Assembly: GCA_002422025.1 (NCBI GenBank)
Contig: DISV01000005.1
Coordinates: 290,948-354,947 of the forward strand
Direction of reading: 5' to 3'
DNA: 64,000 bases
DNA from: Patescibacteria group bacterium UBA6201
GTDB lineage: Bacteria; Patescibacteriota; Minisyncoccia; Phycocordibacterales; UBA918
Positions 1 through 11,803 of the stretch are shown here, one piece after another. How positions within the stretch are numbered: the first letter of the stretch is position 1; every line of letters begins with the position of its first letter. The notes under the pieces are model-generated. The model had not been told where the DNA came from and ran no database searches. It saw nothing but the letters and a program-made list of their open reading frames with translations. A program made the position numbers and the translations under genes.

Positions 1-504
1 CATTACACCATTAACAATAGCAACAAAGAGACACATCATACCTAGATAGGCTAGGAGGAACTGCATAAAGGTAAACGAAGTCAGTCCTAGTGATACCAAT
101 GCAAACATGATGCCTAAGGTGTACCATGATCCACCTTGGATACCTGGACCTAAGATAGAAGGGATCCAGTGCTTAGTCATTGCGAGAGCATTAACAAATA
201 ATACTGCGATTATAAGCCATAGGGCGAGAGTGAAAGTGTTCCAATACTGCTCCATGGCCATTCCTTGGAGATTAAGGATATACCAAACCATTGCCATATG
301 TGCGACTGTAGTAACAAGGATCAGACCCATCGCTACTCGCAATACTATGTATACAACTTCCATCATACGACGCTCAGCCTTATCAATTTTCCCGTCTGCA
401 ATTGCAATAAAAAATTGAGTAATGGCGATGGTCGAACTACCTACTCCTAAAGATACGCCGATTGATTGTAATACTGCGATTACGATAATTATTGCTGTTT
501 CCAT
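1..504 (-). CDS. Multi-pass membrane protein of unknown function (runs off window start)
   Basis: Not in the ORF track. Manual translation from ATG at 504 gives METAIIIVIAVLQSIGVSLGVGSSTIAITQFFIAIADGKIDKAERRMM..., open to position 1 with several hydrophobic helices. Confidence 0.8.
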   Translation of the reverse strand, partial: METAIIIVIAVLQSIGVSLGVGSSTIAITQFFIAIADGKIDKAERRMMEVVYIVLRVAMGLILVTTVAHMAMVWYILNLQGMAMEQYWNTFTLALWLIIAVLFVNALAMTKHWIPSILGPGIQGGSWYTLGIMFALVSLGLTSFTFMQFLLAYLGMMCLFVAIVNGVM

Positions 505-648
505 ATACCTTACATCATAGCAATAGCTTCACCCTAGGAAAGCAGTAGCTGTGCACAATCCTAACTGACATTTGCTAACTCACAGCAATATCCATTCAAA
601 TGGATTATGAAAAAAATCTACTGATGATTAAATTTATCTCCACTTCTT

Positions 649-891
649 TTAAATGAGTATCGTCGCGTGATTATCACTCATTTCAAGCGTGCCTGAGGTA
701 ATAGACACACTCTCGTCTTCCCCATTCTCTTTTTTAATTAGAATAGTTCCCCCTTTAAGCGGAGAGATAATAGAAGTGTGATTGGCAAGTATTGTCATCT
801 CACCAGACATACCAGGCACAGTCACAGAAGCTACCTCACCATCAAAGACAGGTAGGTCAACACGTGAGATAGTTAGGTTCAATAGTTTCAT
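649..891 (-). CDS. atpC: F1Fo ATP synthase epsilon subunit (beta-sandwich only, 80 aa)
   Basis: VFDGEVASVTVPGMSGEMTILANHTSIIS motif; follows atpD; start moved to MKLLNL. Confidence 0.9.
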   Translation of the reverse strand: MKLLNLTISRVDLPVFDGEVASVTVPGMSGEMTILANHTSIISPLKGGTILIKKENGEDESVSITSGTLEMSDNHATILI

Positions 892-913
892 ATATTTTAA
901 AAAACTACGCAGC

Positions 914-2367
<1,454 letters not shown>

Positions 2368-2371
<4 letters not shown>

Positions 2372-3273
2372 GAACCCATTGCCTCAACACCAGCGGTTAT
2401 TTCAGACACCTCTGCAGTAATGGCTGCTTGACGAGCCTTGTTGTATTTAATAGTCAGACTCTTAATCAATTCCTTGGACTTGTCAGTAGCGTTTTTCATC
2501 GCCACCATACGAGCTGAGTGTTCAGATGCCTTACTCTCAAGTAGTGCGTGATAAATAATAATCGCAACCAATTGAGGAATAAGTGTATTAAGTACCTCTT
2601 CAGAAGATGGTTCAACTAAATAATCAGTAGGTGTTCCAACACTATTTTCTATCTCACTCCACTTTCCTGACTTTGGTTTGATACCATCCATCATTAATTT
2701 AATTTCATCAGGATTGAGTGGTAACACTGTGCGCAAAGTCGGCACTTGCTCGAAAGTTGAAAGAAAGTTCTGGTAGATGATAGATACCTTTTGATACTTT
2801 GGTGACTCGTAGAGGGACAGGACCTTGTCGGCCATGCTAGTAACCTCCACTAAAGAGACGCCGTCAGCAACGTTTATATAATCACCAACTAAAGTAACAT
2901 TCTCTCTCACTGCGTACTCAACCGCCTTGCGGCCAATAGCTAATATCTCGACACTGTCTCCCGCAGCAATAATTTCATCCACTCTTTTCTGCACGGCACT
3001 ATTAACACTACCCGCTAAACCTTTGTCACTGGTCACCATCACTAACAGGTGTTTGCCTTCTGGTCGAACTTCCGCAAAAGGATGCGAGAGTCCGTCCTGT
3101 GAAGCACTGAGGCGTGACAGGATATTAAGTGCCGAGCGCACATAAGGGCGACCGACAAAGGCACGCTCCTGGCTCTTACGCATCTTAACCGCAGACACAG
3201 CCTCCATAGCCTTAGTTACTTGACCAGTTTTCTTGGTGGCAATTATTTTGTTTTTAACTTGTTTTAAGGCCAT
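2368..3273 (-). CDS. atpG: F1Fo ATP synthase gamma subunit
   Basis: VTKAMEAVSAVK, TSDKGLAG, ASEHSARMVAMKNAT, NKARQAAIT; start MALKQVK. Confidence 0.97.
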
Positions 3274-3312
3274 GATTGATTTAGTACACGATACACAGCA
3301 GTTGCTTTGCAA

Positions 3313-4878
3313 CTAAGCTGCGTAAAACTGTGCATGTGATTCTTTATAGTCTTTAATTGCCTTATTAAGCTGATCTACTACTTCGTCGGTTAATTCACGA
3401 CCCTTCTCAATAGTGATCATCGTTTCCTTTCGGTCACGAGTGACAAAATCAATAAAGCTTTTTTCTATTTCTCGCACCTTCTCTGGAGTGGTACCTTCGA
3501 AGAGTCCGTTATTAGCACCATAGAGTGACACCACCTGTTCATAAAATGGCATCGGGTTACTTTGATTTTGCTTTAAGAGTTCTACATACTTACGACCAGA
3601 ATCAATACGTGACTTAGTGTCCTCATCTAGGTCACTAGCAAACTGCATAAAGGCTTCTAGTTCACGAAACTGTGCAAGTTCCAAGCGAATCTTTCCTGAC
3701 ACTTTCTTCATCGCCTTAGTTTGCGCCGCACTACCCACACGTGACACAGAAATACCGACGTTGAGAGCAGGACGGATACCCTTGTTAAAAAGATCCCCCT
3801 CCAAGAAAATCTGTCCGTCAGTAATAGAAATAACGTTAGTTGGAATATATGCTGAGACGTCACCTTCCTGAGTCTCAATAATTGGCAAGGCAGTTAATGA
3901 ACCTCCTCCAAGTTCTTTTGAGAGTTTGGCACTGCGTTCCAAAAGACGAGAGTGAAGGTAGAAAATATCTCCCGGATAGGCTTCTCGACCTGGTGGACGG
4001 CGGAGCAAGAGTGACATCTGACGATAGGCATTGGCGTGCTTAGAAAGGTCATCGAATACTACGAGAACGTCGCGACCCTGCTGCATAAAGTATTCACCAA
4101 TAGCAGCTCCTGCAAAAGGTGCTAGGAAAAGTAACGGAGAGGCTTCAGAAGCAGAGGTTGCAACAATGATGCTGTATTCCATTGCGCCAGCTGCTTCAAG
4201 CTTGGCCTTAAGGCTCGCGGTCTTTGAGCGTTTTTGTCCAATCGCTACATAAATACAAATTGGACGTTTGTCCTTCGGTTCATATTTCTGGTTAATTATT
4301 GTGTCGATAGCAATAGTCGTCTTACCAGTACCACGATCCCCGATGATGAGTTCACGCTGTCCACGACCGATTGGAATCATCGAGTCAATGGCTTTAATAC
4401 CGGTATGTAGTGGCTCGTTAACCGCGGATCGATCCATTACTCCGTAAGCAACGCGTTCAATCGGCATTTCTTTTTCAGCTTTTATATCTCCAAGCCCATC
4501 AATAGCTACTCCGAGAGGATTAACCACGCGACCGATAATATCTTCGCTTACTGGCACTGATAAAAGACGCCCAGTTTCCTTTACAACCATACCCTCTCGC
4601 ACTCGGCTTGAGTCACCCAAGATTACCGCCTTTACCGAATCCTCCTCTAGGTTGAGTACCAAACCGTAGAGTTCCGAAGTATCTTCGAGCGTATCCTTGA
4701 GGCTTTTACCTCCAGAAACATCAAAGGCCACCATCTCCATCATCTTGGCTCCCAAGAGACCTTCGATTTCCACGATACCATCAGATACCGCCGATACTAA
4801 ACCGACTCTTTCGGTTTTGGTTTCTGTGGAGAGACCAGCTATTTCTTGTTTTAGTTTTTCTACGATATTGGTACTCAT
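3313..4878 (-). CDS. atpA: F1Fo ATP synthase alpha subunit
   Basis: [29 protein letters not shown]. Confidence 0.99.
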   Translation of the reverse strand: MSTNIVEKLKQEIAGLSTETKTERVGLVSAVSDGIVEIEGLLGAKMMEMVAFDVSGGKSLKDTLEDTSELYGLVLNLEEDSVKAVILGDSSRVREGMVVKETGRLLSVPVSEDIIGRVVNPLGVAIDGLGDIKAEKEMPIERVAYGVMDRSAVNEPLHTGIKAIDSMIPIGRGQRELIIGDRGTGKTTIAIDTIINQKYEPKDKRPICIYVAIGQKRSKTASLKAKLEAAGAMEYSIIVATSASEASPLLFLAPFAGAAIGEYFMQQGRDVLVVFDDLSKHANAYRQMSLLLRRPPGREAYPGDIFYLHSRLLERSAKLSKELGGGSLTALPIIETQEGDVSAYIPTNVISITDGQIFLEGDLFNKGIRPALNVGISVSRVGSAAQTKAMKKVSGKIRLELAQFRELEAFMQFASDLDEDTKSRIDSGRKYVELLKQNQSNPMPFYEQVVSLYGANNGLFEGTTPEKVREIEKSFIDFVTRDRKETMITIEKGRELTDEVVDQLNKAIKDYKESHAQFYAA

Positions 4879-4910
4879 AAATTTTGATCAATTAAAGTTC
4901 TAAGCTGTCG

Positions 4911-5282
4911 TTATTTGATTGAACGACGATACCACGTGAGCAGTTTAGTCTTATGACTATCGTCAATACGCTTCCAATCCTTGGTTAAAATGTGACCCCC
5001 AACAATACTTTTATCCACAATAACGCGAGTGTCTTGAGTCGCTTCAGTTTTTGTAAGAAAAGATTTGGCATCACTCTCCGAAGCTACCACTAGGACAGGG
5101 GCTCCGGTTACACGATCCTCTTCCAAACTACGCAAAAGCGAGCGCAGTATATTTGGATAAATCTTGCTATGGCCGTGCTTCTCAAGCGTTAATTTCAAAC
5201 CACTAAAAATTGACGCCGGAGTAGCTCCTTTCTTTATCAATGCTTTTGTAGCCAACAAATACTGTTTTTGTGTGCTATTCAT
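4911..5282 (-). CDS. atpH: Divergent F1Fo delta subunit
   Basis: Lies between atpF and atpA; C-terminal VDKSIVGG...IDDS resembles the delta/OSCP C-terminus; start MNSTQK overlaps the atpF stop. Confidence 0.75.
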   Translation of the reverse strand: MNSTQKQYLLATKALIKKGATPASIFSGLKLTLEKHGHSKIYPNILRSLLRSLEEDRVTGAPVLVVASESDAKSFLTKTEATQDTRVIVDKSIVGGHILTKDWKRIDDSHKTKLLTWYRRSIK

Positions 5283-5727
5283 TACTATGATTTTTAAGAA
5301 TTTCCTCTGCAGCCAAAACAGCAATTTTCGCCACCTCAGACTCACTCTTCTTTCGCGCTTCCTCTATCAAAGCCTCAGCGCGAGACTCAGCTTGCTGGAG
5401 CTTGGCAGCATTGGCAGCATCAGCCTCAGCTCTGAGTGCTTCAGCTTTTTCTTTAGCGTGTACTTCAGCACGCTTCTCAACCGCCTCAGCTTCTTGGTGA
5501 GCCAAAGAAAGTATTTCCTTCTTCTCACCCGCTGCTCCCTCTAGCGTTTTCTTGGCGTCTTCTGCGTCTTTCAAACCTTGCTTAATCTTACCTTCACGCT
5601 CATTAACCAATTTCAAGATTGGTTTGTACAGAAAATAAGTCAACAAAGAAGCCAATATTACGAAGTTAATTACCTGAATGGTAATTAGTCGTACGTCGAT
5701 GCCAAAGGCTTGAATAAGTGAGTCCAT
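5275..5727 (-). CDS. atpF: F1Fo ATP synthase b subunit
   Basis: N-terminal TM (IQVINFVIL...FLYKPI), ERE motif, long Ala/Glu/Lys coiled coil. Confidence 0.95.
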   Translation of the reverse strand: MDSLIQAFGIDVRLITIQVINFVILASLLTYFLYKPILKLVNEREGKIKQGLKDAEDAKKTLEGAAGEKKEILSLAHQEAEAVEKRAEVHAKEKAEALRAEADAANAAKLQQAESRAEALIEEARKKSESEVAKIAVLAAEEILKNHSNE

Positions 5728-5778
5728 TGTTAGTTTTTAGTTGTTAGTTGGCAGTTTTTAGTGTCAATCGAAGTGTTT

Positions 5779-5958
5779 TAAACTTAAGAAATTGGATGCA
5801 TATGTGCGGGTTGAAAAAATTTTTCGAGAGAGCGACCAAGAAAATAAAGAGTGTTCACACGACTATATTTTCTAAAGTACTCTCTGTGGTGCCTTAGATG
5901 ATCTAAAGTGACCGAAAAAAATTTTGAAACTCGTGCAAAAGCACCAATTTATAGAGTT

Positions 5959-5961
<3 letters not shown>
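5779..5961 (-). repeat. Stop-codon-anchored structured repeat, divergent copy after atpE
   Basis: Minus strand TAAAACTCTATAAATTGGTGC...GTTTCAAAATTTTTTTCGGTCA aligns with the copies at 26331-26449 and 54872-54999. Confidence 0.7.
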
Positions 5962-6210
<249 letters not shown>

Positions 6211-6347
6211 TTAGTTTCTAGTAGTTAATGTCTGACACTATCAACTAATAACTAATAACTTACTACTGAATAATGTTCTGCTCACGGGCAGACAGGAACC
6301 AATCAAAATGACTGACTCCTGTCCGCCTGCGATTTCTGACCTCGTGG

Positions 6348-7136
6348 TTAATGAGGTTCCTCAATCGCTAGCTTAATGAAGAACAGTGTGAGAATAGCAA
6401 AAATGAAAGCCTGAATAAAGCCCACAAAAAGTTCATAAGCGATTAGCGGTACCGGTAGCACGTACGGTGTAGCCAGGAACATGACCACCAACAATAATGT
6501 CTTGCCGGCGAAAATATTTCCAAATAGACGGAAAGAGAAAGAGATTAAACGAGCCATCTCGGAAAGGAGTTCAATAATACCAATTACGAACGCCAGGGGT
6601 GACCTGAAGTTTATAAACTTCCCAACATATTTAAAGAAGCCAAGAATAGTTACTCCAGCCAATTCAATTGCAAAGAAGGCAACCAAAGCAAAAGCAATCG
6701 TGATGTTTAGATCTGTGGCTGGCGGGTGAAAGAAAGGAACTAATTTGGAAACCACTTCTTCATGAGATTCAACATCCTTATATATACCAATAGAATCAAC
6801 TCCAGGCAGAAGACCAACCCAATTCATCAGAAGAATGAAGATGAAGATGGTCATCACGAGCGGAAAGAAACGACGTGCTAAGCTGGTACTTTCTAACACC
6901 TCAGACATATAGTCAAAAACCGAGACAATCAAGAGTTCCACCACGTTTTGTAACTTTCCTGGAACTAAAGACAATCTAGTATTAACAACTAGAGCTACTA
7001 AGAGCAATATAGCCATCGTTAGCCAAACCGTCAAAAGTGTATTGGTAACTGGTATACCAAAAAGCGTGGCCACGGAATCCGGGGCTAGGTGTATAGATAA
7101 ACCTTCAGCAGCATGAGCTGTTTGGGCAAATAACAT
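6348..7136 (-). CDS. atpB: F1Fo ATP synthase a subunit
   Basis: SFSFRLFGNIFAG, FIQAFIFAILT, PATDLN. Confidence 0.97.
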   Translation of the reverse strand: MLFAQTAHAAEGLSIHLAPDSVATLFGIPVTNTLLTVWLTMAILLLVALVVNTRLSLVPGKLQNVVELLIVSVFDYMSEVLESTSLARRFFPLVMTIFIFILLMNWVGLLPGVDSIGIYKDVESHEEVVSKLVPFFHPPATDLNITIAFALVAFFAIELAGVTILGFFKYVGKFINFRSPLAFVIGIIELLSEMARLISFSFRLFGNIFAGKTLLLVVMFLATPYVLPVPLIAYELFVGFIQAFIFAILTLFFIKLAIEEPH

Positions 7137-7301
7137 AACAAATGCAAGCTATCTTAGCATAAATGCCACTATCTTTAAAGCAGACGTCTTGGGAAAAATA
7201 AGGACTTTAGATAGGAAAATAAGTCAGCTTTAAATTAAAATACTCTTGGACAAGATATCCAAGAGTATTTTAAAAGTGTTTATTTAGTGGATTAGTGTTA
7301 A

Positions 7302-8015
7302 CTATGCTACCGAATTTGGTGAAAAGGAAACCGAAGCTTCAGGCGTAGTCGCTGGAAGGGTTTTAACTTCCTTATAAAGTAGATACACGTACACTACAGC
7401 TATCGGAGTTAGTAATACTGTGAGTGCAGTTACCAATGCCTCAGTAACTACATGATTAGGCAAAAAGACAGAAATTGTAGAAATAAGCATACTAAGTAGC
7501 AAGACGAATACACTCATCGCTATTAGACGACCAAATATTGCCCACCATTTGCCACGTGTATATTCTCGACTTTTTTTCAAGGACTCCACAATTGCTCCAT
7601 TCTCAAGCACTAAAACAAAAGTGGCAAATGCGAACCAGACAGAAAGAATGATGCCAGGAATAATAAGTAGCAAGAAACCAACCATCATTATAATGGACAT
7701 TAGTAGTGATAGACCGATGTATCGCCAAAAATATGGCCATGCACGTCTATAGGCCTCCTTGGCCGTTATAGAATTATCATTAATAGCTAGAATCAGAGCG
7801 ACTGTCATCAAGACACTAAGGACAACATAAATAAACATCAACACTACATAGACTATAGACTCAGAAGTAATCATTATTCCCGTTGCCTTATTTGGGGCAA
7901 AAAGAGCAGTGAGAAATGAAACTACAATTGGTATAAACAAAATAGATAGGAACAAGAAAAAATTAGCACTCACTATCGCTAATGAATTCTTGAATAGTTG
8001 AATTGGTCCAGGCAT
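7302..8015 (-). CDS. Integral membrane protein of unknown function
   Basis: About 6 TM helices, LLIIPGI and ESLKKSREYTRGKWW patterns. Confidence 0.8.
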   Translation of the reverse strand: MPGPIQLFKNSLAIVSANFFLFLSILFIPIVVSFLTALFAPNKATGIMITSESIVYVVLMFIYVVLSVLMTVALILAINDNSITAKEAYRRAWPYFWRYIGLSLLMSIIMMVGFLLLIIPGIILSVWFAFATFVLVLENGAIVESLKKSREYTRGKWWAIFGRLIAMSVFVLLLSMLISTISVFLPNHVVTEALVTALTVLLTPIAVVYVYLLYKEVKTLPATTPEASVSFSPNSVA

Positions 8016-8270
8016 ATTTAATGCTTAATTAATATACTTGAATTATAGCACTTTAGGGGTGCGCGGTAGGAGTTTTGCACAGGGATGGATTGGATGACCC
8101 GAGAGGATTCGGTCACAACTCTGGTGTTTACACACCAGGTCGCGACCTCGCCTCGCTTGCCTGCGGCATCGCTCCGGCCTTCGAATCCTCACGCAAGCAA
8201 AGCAGTTTGCTTGCTTCGGGTCCACATGAAAATCAAAAGCCACACTTGCGTGTGGCTAAGATTTTCTATG

Positions 8271-8343
8271 TGGACCCGAGAGGATTCGAACCCCCCGCCT
8301 CCTCAGTGCAAATGAGGCGCTCTACCAAATGAGCTACGGGCCC
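8271..8343 (-). tRNA. tRNA-Ala(TGC)
   Basis: GGGCCCGTAGCTCATTTGGTAGAGCGCCTCATTTGCACTGAGGAGGCGGGGGGTTCGAATCCTCTCGGGTCCA; cloverleaf with anticodon TGC; CCA not encoded. Confidence 0.95.
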
Positions 8344-8556
8344 AGTTAAGTACTGAACGAACTAGCTAGGCCACCCTGCTCAAGGTGTAGGGCTCATTTG
8401 CACTACGTGCAAATGATTCGAAAGCCTACTAGGCTTTCTCACCCCCACCACATAAGCTACGGGCCCAGTTAAGTGTTGGGCACTTTTATCAGCATTTACT
8501 CTGGTATAAAAGTTCAGATATATTACTGATTTATGCACCTAAAGTCAAAGGGTAAG

Positions 8557-9102
8557 CTACGGCATCAACCAAGGTGTGCTACTACTAAGTGACAAAACGC
8601 CTCCAATACTTAAAGTATTGTCTGGTAGCCAAAATGAAGATTTGGCGACAGCGTTGTCTGACATAACAAGATTTTCTTTGTTCTTAACTGGATAAACCAT
8701 GTCCTCACTAACCACATATATAAAGTGGTAGCAAGAATCGCTATCATCCATGCTAGCGCAATAATGAACCATTGTGCCATCGAGTGAGACCGAAGAGGAA
8801 ACCACCTCTCGATGAAAACCAAATTCAAGATCCTCTTCGGAGCCTTTGGCACTAATTATTCGCTGCCTTTCTCCATTTGTCACAAATAAACCTTCATCGG
8901 TAACAATTGTTTCTACAGCACCATATGCTGAGGCTTGTTGAACTACTCGACCTTCAGACTGACTATTGTCTTCCTCAAAATACTTTGGACTAACGTCATT
9001 TAATTCAAAAGCAATATAGGCAGTAGTGAATCCTATTAAATAAGCTAAACCGATCAATATAGCTTTAGTATGATCAGTTACAGGAACTGTCTTTTTCTTC
9101 AT
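8557..9102 (-). CDS. Hypothetical membrane-anchored protein
   Basis: 181-aa ORF with an N-terminal TM and a beta-rich ectodomain. Confidence 0.7.
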   Translation of the reverse strand: MKKKTVPVTDHTKAILIGLAYLIGFTTAYIAFELNDVSPKYFEEDNSQSEGRVVQQASAYGAVETIVTDEGLFVTNGERQRIISAKGSEEDLEFGFHREVVSSSVSLDGTMVHYCASMDDSDSCYHFIYVVSEDMVYPVKNKENLVMSDNAVAKSSFWLPDNTLSIGGVLSLSSSTPWLMP

Positions 9103-9155
9103 TATTATGATTATGCATTTGAACCAGCAAATAGTCTATATAAAACTGTGCATAA

Positions 9156-10118
9156 TTAGCTCGCACTAGCTACTAAATGCAAAACGAAATCATCGTAAGA
9201 GTGACCAACAGCAGATAATGCTTTAGGTAGGAGCGATTCATTAGTCAAGCCTGGTAATGTGTTGGTTTCCAAAAAATAAATACCATTCGGACTCACAATA
9301 AAATCACTGCGAGAGTACTGTGACAAACCTAAATGATGATGAGCTTTTAAAGCGGCATCGCTTAAGGCATCTTTTTCCTCACGAGAAAAACGACCCGGGC
9401 AAATTTCTTCGGTTGCTCCATTATATTTAACTTCATAATCAAAAAATCCGTTTGCAGGTGGTGGCACAATCTCAATAACTGGTAGACTATAGTGTTTTTG
9501 ACCTCGGAGGTTTTCCACGATACCAACAGTGGCTTCACGGCCATCGATACATTTTTCTACTAGTACCTCTTCCCTTTCTTTAAGGGCGCGAGTTAATGCA
9601 TTAACTAGCTCATGAATACCATGGGCCTTGTAGGTTGCAATGGAAGAACCGCCGTTTACTGGTTTAACAAAATATGTTGGCCCAAAGAGTGACTCGATAC
9701 CAGCAGCTACCCGACGTACATCGGTACTGGACCGAGTGACACGTAAGTGTGGTGCTGTCTTCACGCCAGCAGAGCGGAGAATGTCCTTGGTAAGAATTTT
9801 GTTCATAGTAAGTGCAGAAGGATAAGCACGACTGCCGGTATAACGTATACCAATGCGATCCAAAATCCTCTGCACAGTTCCGTCCTCACCATACGCTCCA
9901 TGCAATGCCACAAAGGCGACGTCTGATGTAGAAAGTGCTGCTGCCGGCTCTTTAGCAAAACCATGAACCATCCATTCACCCTGTTTGTTAATAATAACGT
10001 CCACAGTAGAAAGACCTTGCCGAGCCAAAGCAGACAACACCTCAGCTCCCGTCTTCATCGAGACGTCGTACTCCTCACTGGTTCCACCGCGCAAAACTGC
10101 AACTCGCAGATTTTTCAT
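9156..10118 (-). CDS. ddl: D-alanine--D-alanine ligase
   Basis: GGTSEEYDVS, LHGAYGEDG, KPVNGGSS, LETNTLPG. Confidence 0.95.
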   Translation of the reverse strand: MKNLRVAVLRGGTSEEYDVSMKTGAEVLSALARQGLSTVDVIINKQGEWMVHGFAKEPAAALSTSDVAFVALHGAYGEDGTVQRILDRIGIRYTGSRAYPSALTMNKILTKDILRSAGVKTAPHLRVTRSSTDVRRVAAGIESLFGPTYFVKPVNGGSSIATYKAHGIHELVNALTRALKEREEVLVEKCIDGREATVGIVENLRGQKHYSLPVIEIVPPPANGFFDYEVKYNGATEEICPGRFSREEKDALSDAALKAHHHLGLSQYSRSDFIVSPNGIYFLETNTLPGLTNESLLPKALSAVGHSYDDFVLHLVASAS

Positions 10119-10220
10119 CCCGTTAGAAATTATTGATGGCTTTTAAACTTCCCGTAACGCGACCTTGAACTATCTCAGAGCAATACATATGGTATGTCTC
10201 TTCATAATTTCTAACGGGAT
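10117..10220. mobile_element. MITE-like element with 17-bp terminal inverted repeats at the ddl start
   Basis: ATCCCGTTAGAAATTAT (10117-10133) and ATAATTTCTAACGGGAT (10204-10220). Confidence 0.6.
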
Positions 10221-10258
10221 TCATACCCTCATTATATAACAACTCTTTAGATAACTCT

Positions 10259-11488
10259 CTAGAAAAGAGAACGGTTTCTTCTTTGTCTATGGAAACCGAT
10301 GGAGAAACGATGAGCTTCTGCATTAGCCAGCAAAATTGCATCGTGGTGTTTTTTAAGAATACTGGCAGGCCCTAAAACACGTACTGGACGGTGACGATCA
10401 TCTTTAACGACAGCCACTACCGGAATTGCTAAATTAAACTTTTTTAGGACAATTAAGGCTATGTTCTTCTGAGCAGTACTGCCATCAACAGCAATCACCT
10501 GCGGTAATGGCCACTCGTCGTGCCCGAGGCGTCTCTCTAACACTTCACGCAAGGCAGCGGTATCGTTAGCTTTATCGACCGAGTTAATCTTAAATTTTCG
10601 GTAGTCAGACCGCCGAATTTCCCCACCTTCAACTACAGTCATCACCCCCACCATATTCTGTCCAGAGAGGTGCGCTATATCGTAAGCTTCGATACGTACA
10701 AAATTTTCATCGCGGTAAATTCGAGAGTCGTCTTTTATTAAAGCAACGTCATGAATATGAGTAAGAGCAAAAATTTTCTTCTTGACTATATTGGCTTCTT
10801 CAAACTTTTGTTCCTTGGCAAAAACTTTCATTTCATTCTGCAGGTCTTTAATGATTTGTTGCTTCTTGCCTTCAAAGAAAAGTCTGATGTGTTTGATGGT
10901 ACGTAAATAATCCTTTTGATTACCTTCAGTTGGATACAAGCCAATTTGGCGATTAAAATCAATTTTGCCACGTGCCATTTTTGACTTCTCGTTTCCAAGT
11001 GGAATTTTGGTGTCATAGAACTGGAACAAACGTCGAACTATTTTCAAAGCTTCTCTAAATAGTTGTCCGCTCGGAAAAGGTCCAAAATGATAGAGAATTC
11101 CGTCCTCATTCATAGTGACCAAGTCTTTACCGCGCACCACCAATACTCGTGGCCACTCTTCGTCGGTAATAACAAGATGATTGTAGCTTTTGTCATCCTT
11201 GGCTAGAGTGTTGTACTTTGGCTTATGAGAACGAATGAGGTTAGTCTCGAGAATCATCGCCTCAAGCACGGAGTCGGTCACTGTTATATCCACCCCTTTT
11301 GCTTCCTTGACCATCTTTTCAATGAGAGCTGAGCGCTTCTCCTTAAGATCAGGAGCAAAATAACTCCGTACTCGGTTCTTAAGTGAAGTGGCCTTGCCGA
11401 TATATAACACTTCCTTGTTCCGCCCAAGGAAAAAATACACGCCAGGCGTATCAGGTAATTTCTTTTTTGCTAAAGCTTCCTTGGTCAT
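10259..11488 (-). CDS. uvrC: Excinuclease ABC subunit C (short form)
   Basis: GIY-YIG (PGVY..LYIGKA), UVR motif FEEA, RIEAYDIAH, VDG; no obvious C-terminal HhH. Confidence 0.9.
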   Translation of the reverse strand: MTKEALAKKKLPDTPGVYFFLGRNKEVLYIGKATSLKNRVRSYFAPDLKEKRSALIEKMVKEAKGVDITVTDSVLEAMILETNLIRSHKPKYNTLAKDDKSYNHLVITDEEWPRVLVVRGKDLVTMNEDGILYHFGPFPSGQLFREALKIVRRLFQFYDTKIPLGNEKSKMARGKIDFNRQIGLYPTEGNQKDYLRTIKHIRLFFEGKKQQIIKDLQNEMKVFAKEQKFEEANIVKKKIFALTHIHDVALIKDDSRIYRDENFVRIEAYDIAHLSGQNMVGVMTVVEGGEIRRSDYRKFKINSVDKANDTAALREVLERRLGHDEWPLPQVIAVDGSTAQKNIALIVLKKFNLAIPVVAVVKDDRHRPVRVLGPASILKKHHDAILLANAEAHRFSIGFHRQRRNRSLF

Positions 11489-11542
11489 ATCACAAGAATA
11501 TACCTCGTGGAGGGTGACGATACAACATTGACGTAAATATTA

Positions 11543-11572
11543 AAGGCCACGCGACAAATGTCGCGTGGCCTT
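11543..11572. terminator. GC-rich hairpin, likely terminator
   Basis: AAGGCCACGCGACA-AA-TGTCGCGTGGCCTT immediately after the 11579-11803 ORF. Confidence 0.65.
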
Positions 11573-11578
11573 GGTTCT

Positions 11579-11803
11579 CTAGGTTGGAAGCTGAAGCCTT
11601 TCCTTTTCACGATTCACGACATCGAGAAAGGCTGCAGGTGCCATCCGAGCAGACATCGCCGAGTAGCGAAGGATATCTTCGTCATTAAAAGCATTTTCAT
11701 CTAAGCGCGTCAGATAGTCTTGCACGATCAATCTGAGTGATTGATACCTTTCTAACTCCCGACGCTCTTCTTCAAGATGCTCTTTCTCCTTGTCCACATT
11801 CAT
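11579..11803 (-). CDS. Small hypothetical protein
   Basis: 74-aa helical ORF with a purine-rich RBS-like sequence upstream and a hairpin downstream. Confidence 0.55.
   Translation of the reverse strand: MNVDKEKEHLEEERRELERYQSLRLIVQDYLTRLDENAFNDEDILRYSAMSARMAPAAFLDVVNREKERLQLPT

Noticed and set aside
107-450. Plus-strand ORFs 107-418 and 265-450, and the many antisense ORFs inside atp, uvr, nrdJ, groEL and rnj
   Set aside because: Shadow frames of well-supported genes on the opposite strand or in another frame
8096-8111. attL/attR of a prophage or island at tRNA-Ala
   Set aside because: The 3'-end duplicate is under 200 bp from the tRNA and no integrase or cargo lies between them
8043-8332. 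Short ORFs overlapping tRNA-Ala, and similarly 48955-49381 over tRNA-Ser
   Set aside because: They overlap tRNA and palindromic sequence and have no protein-like features
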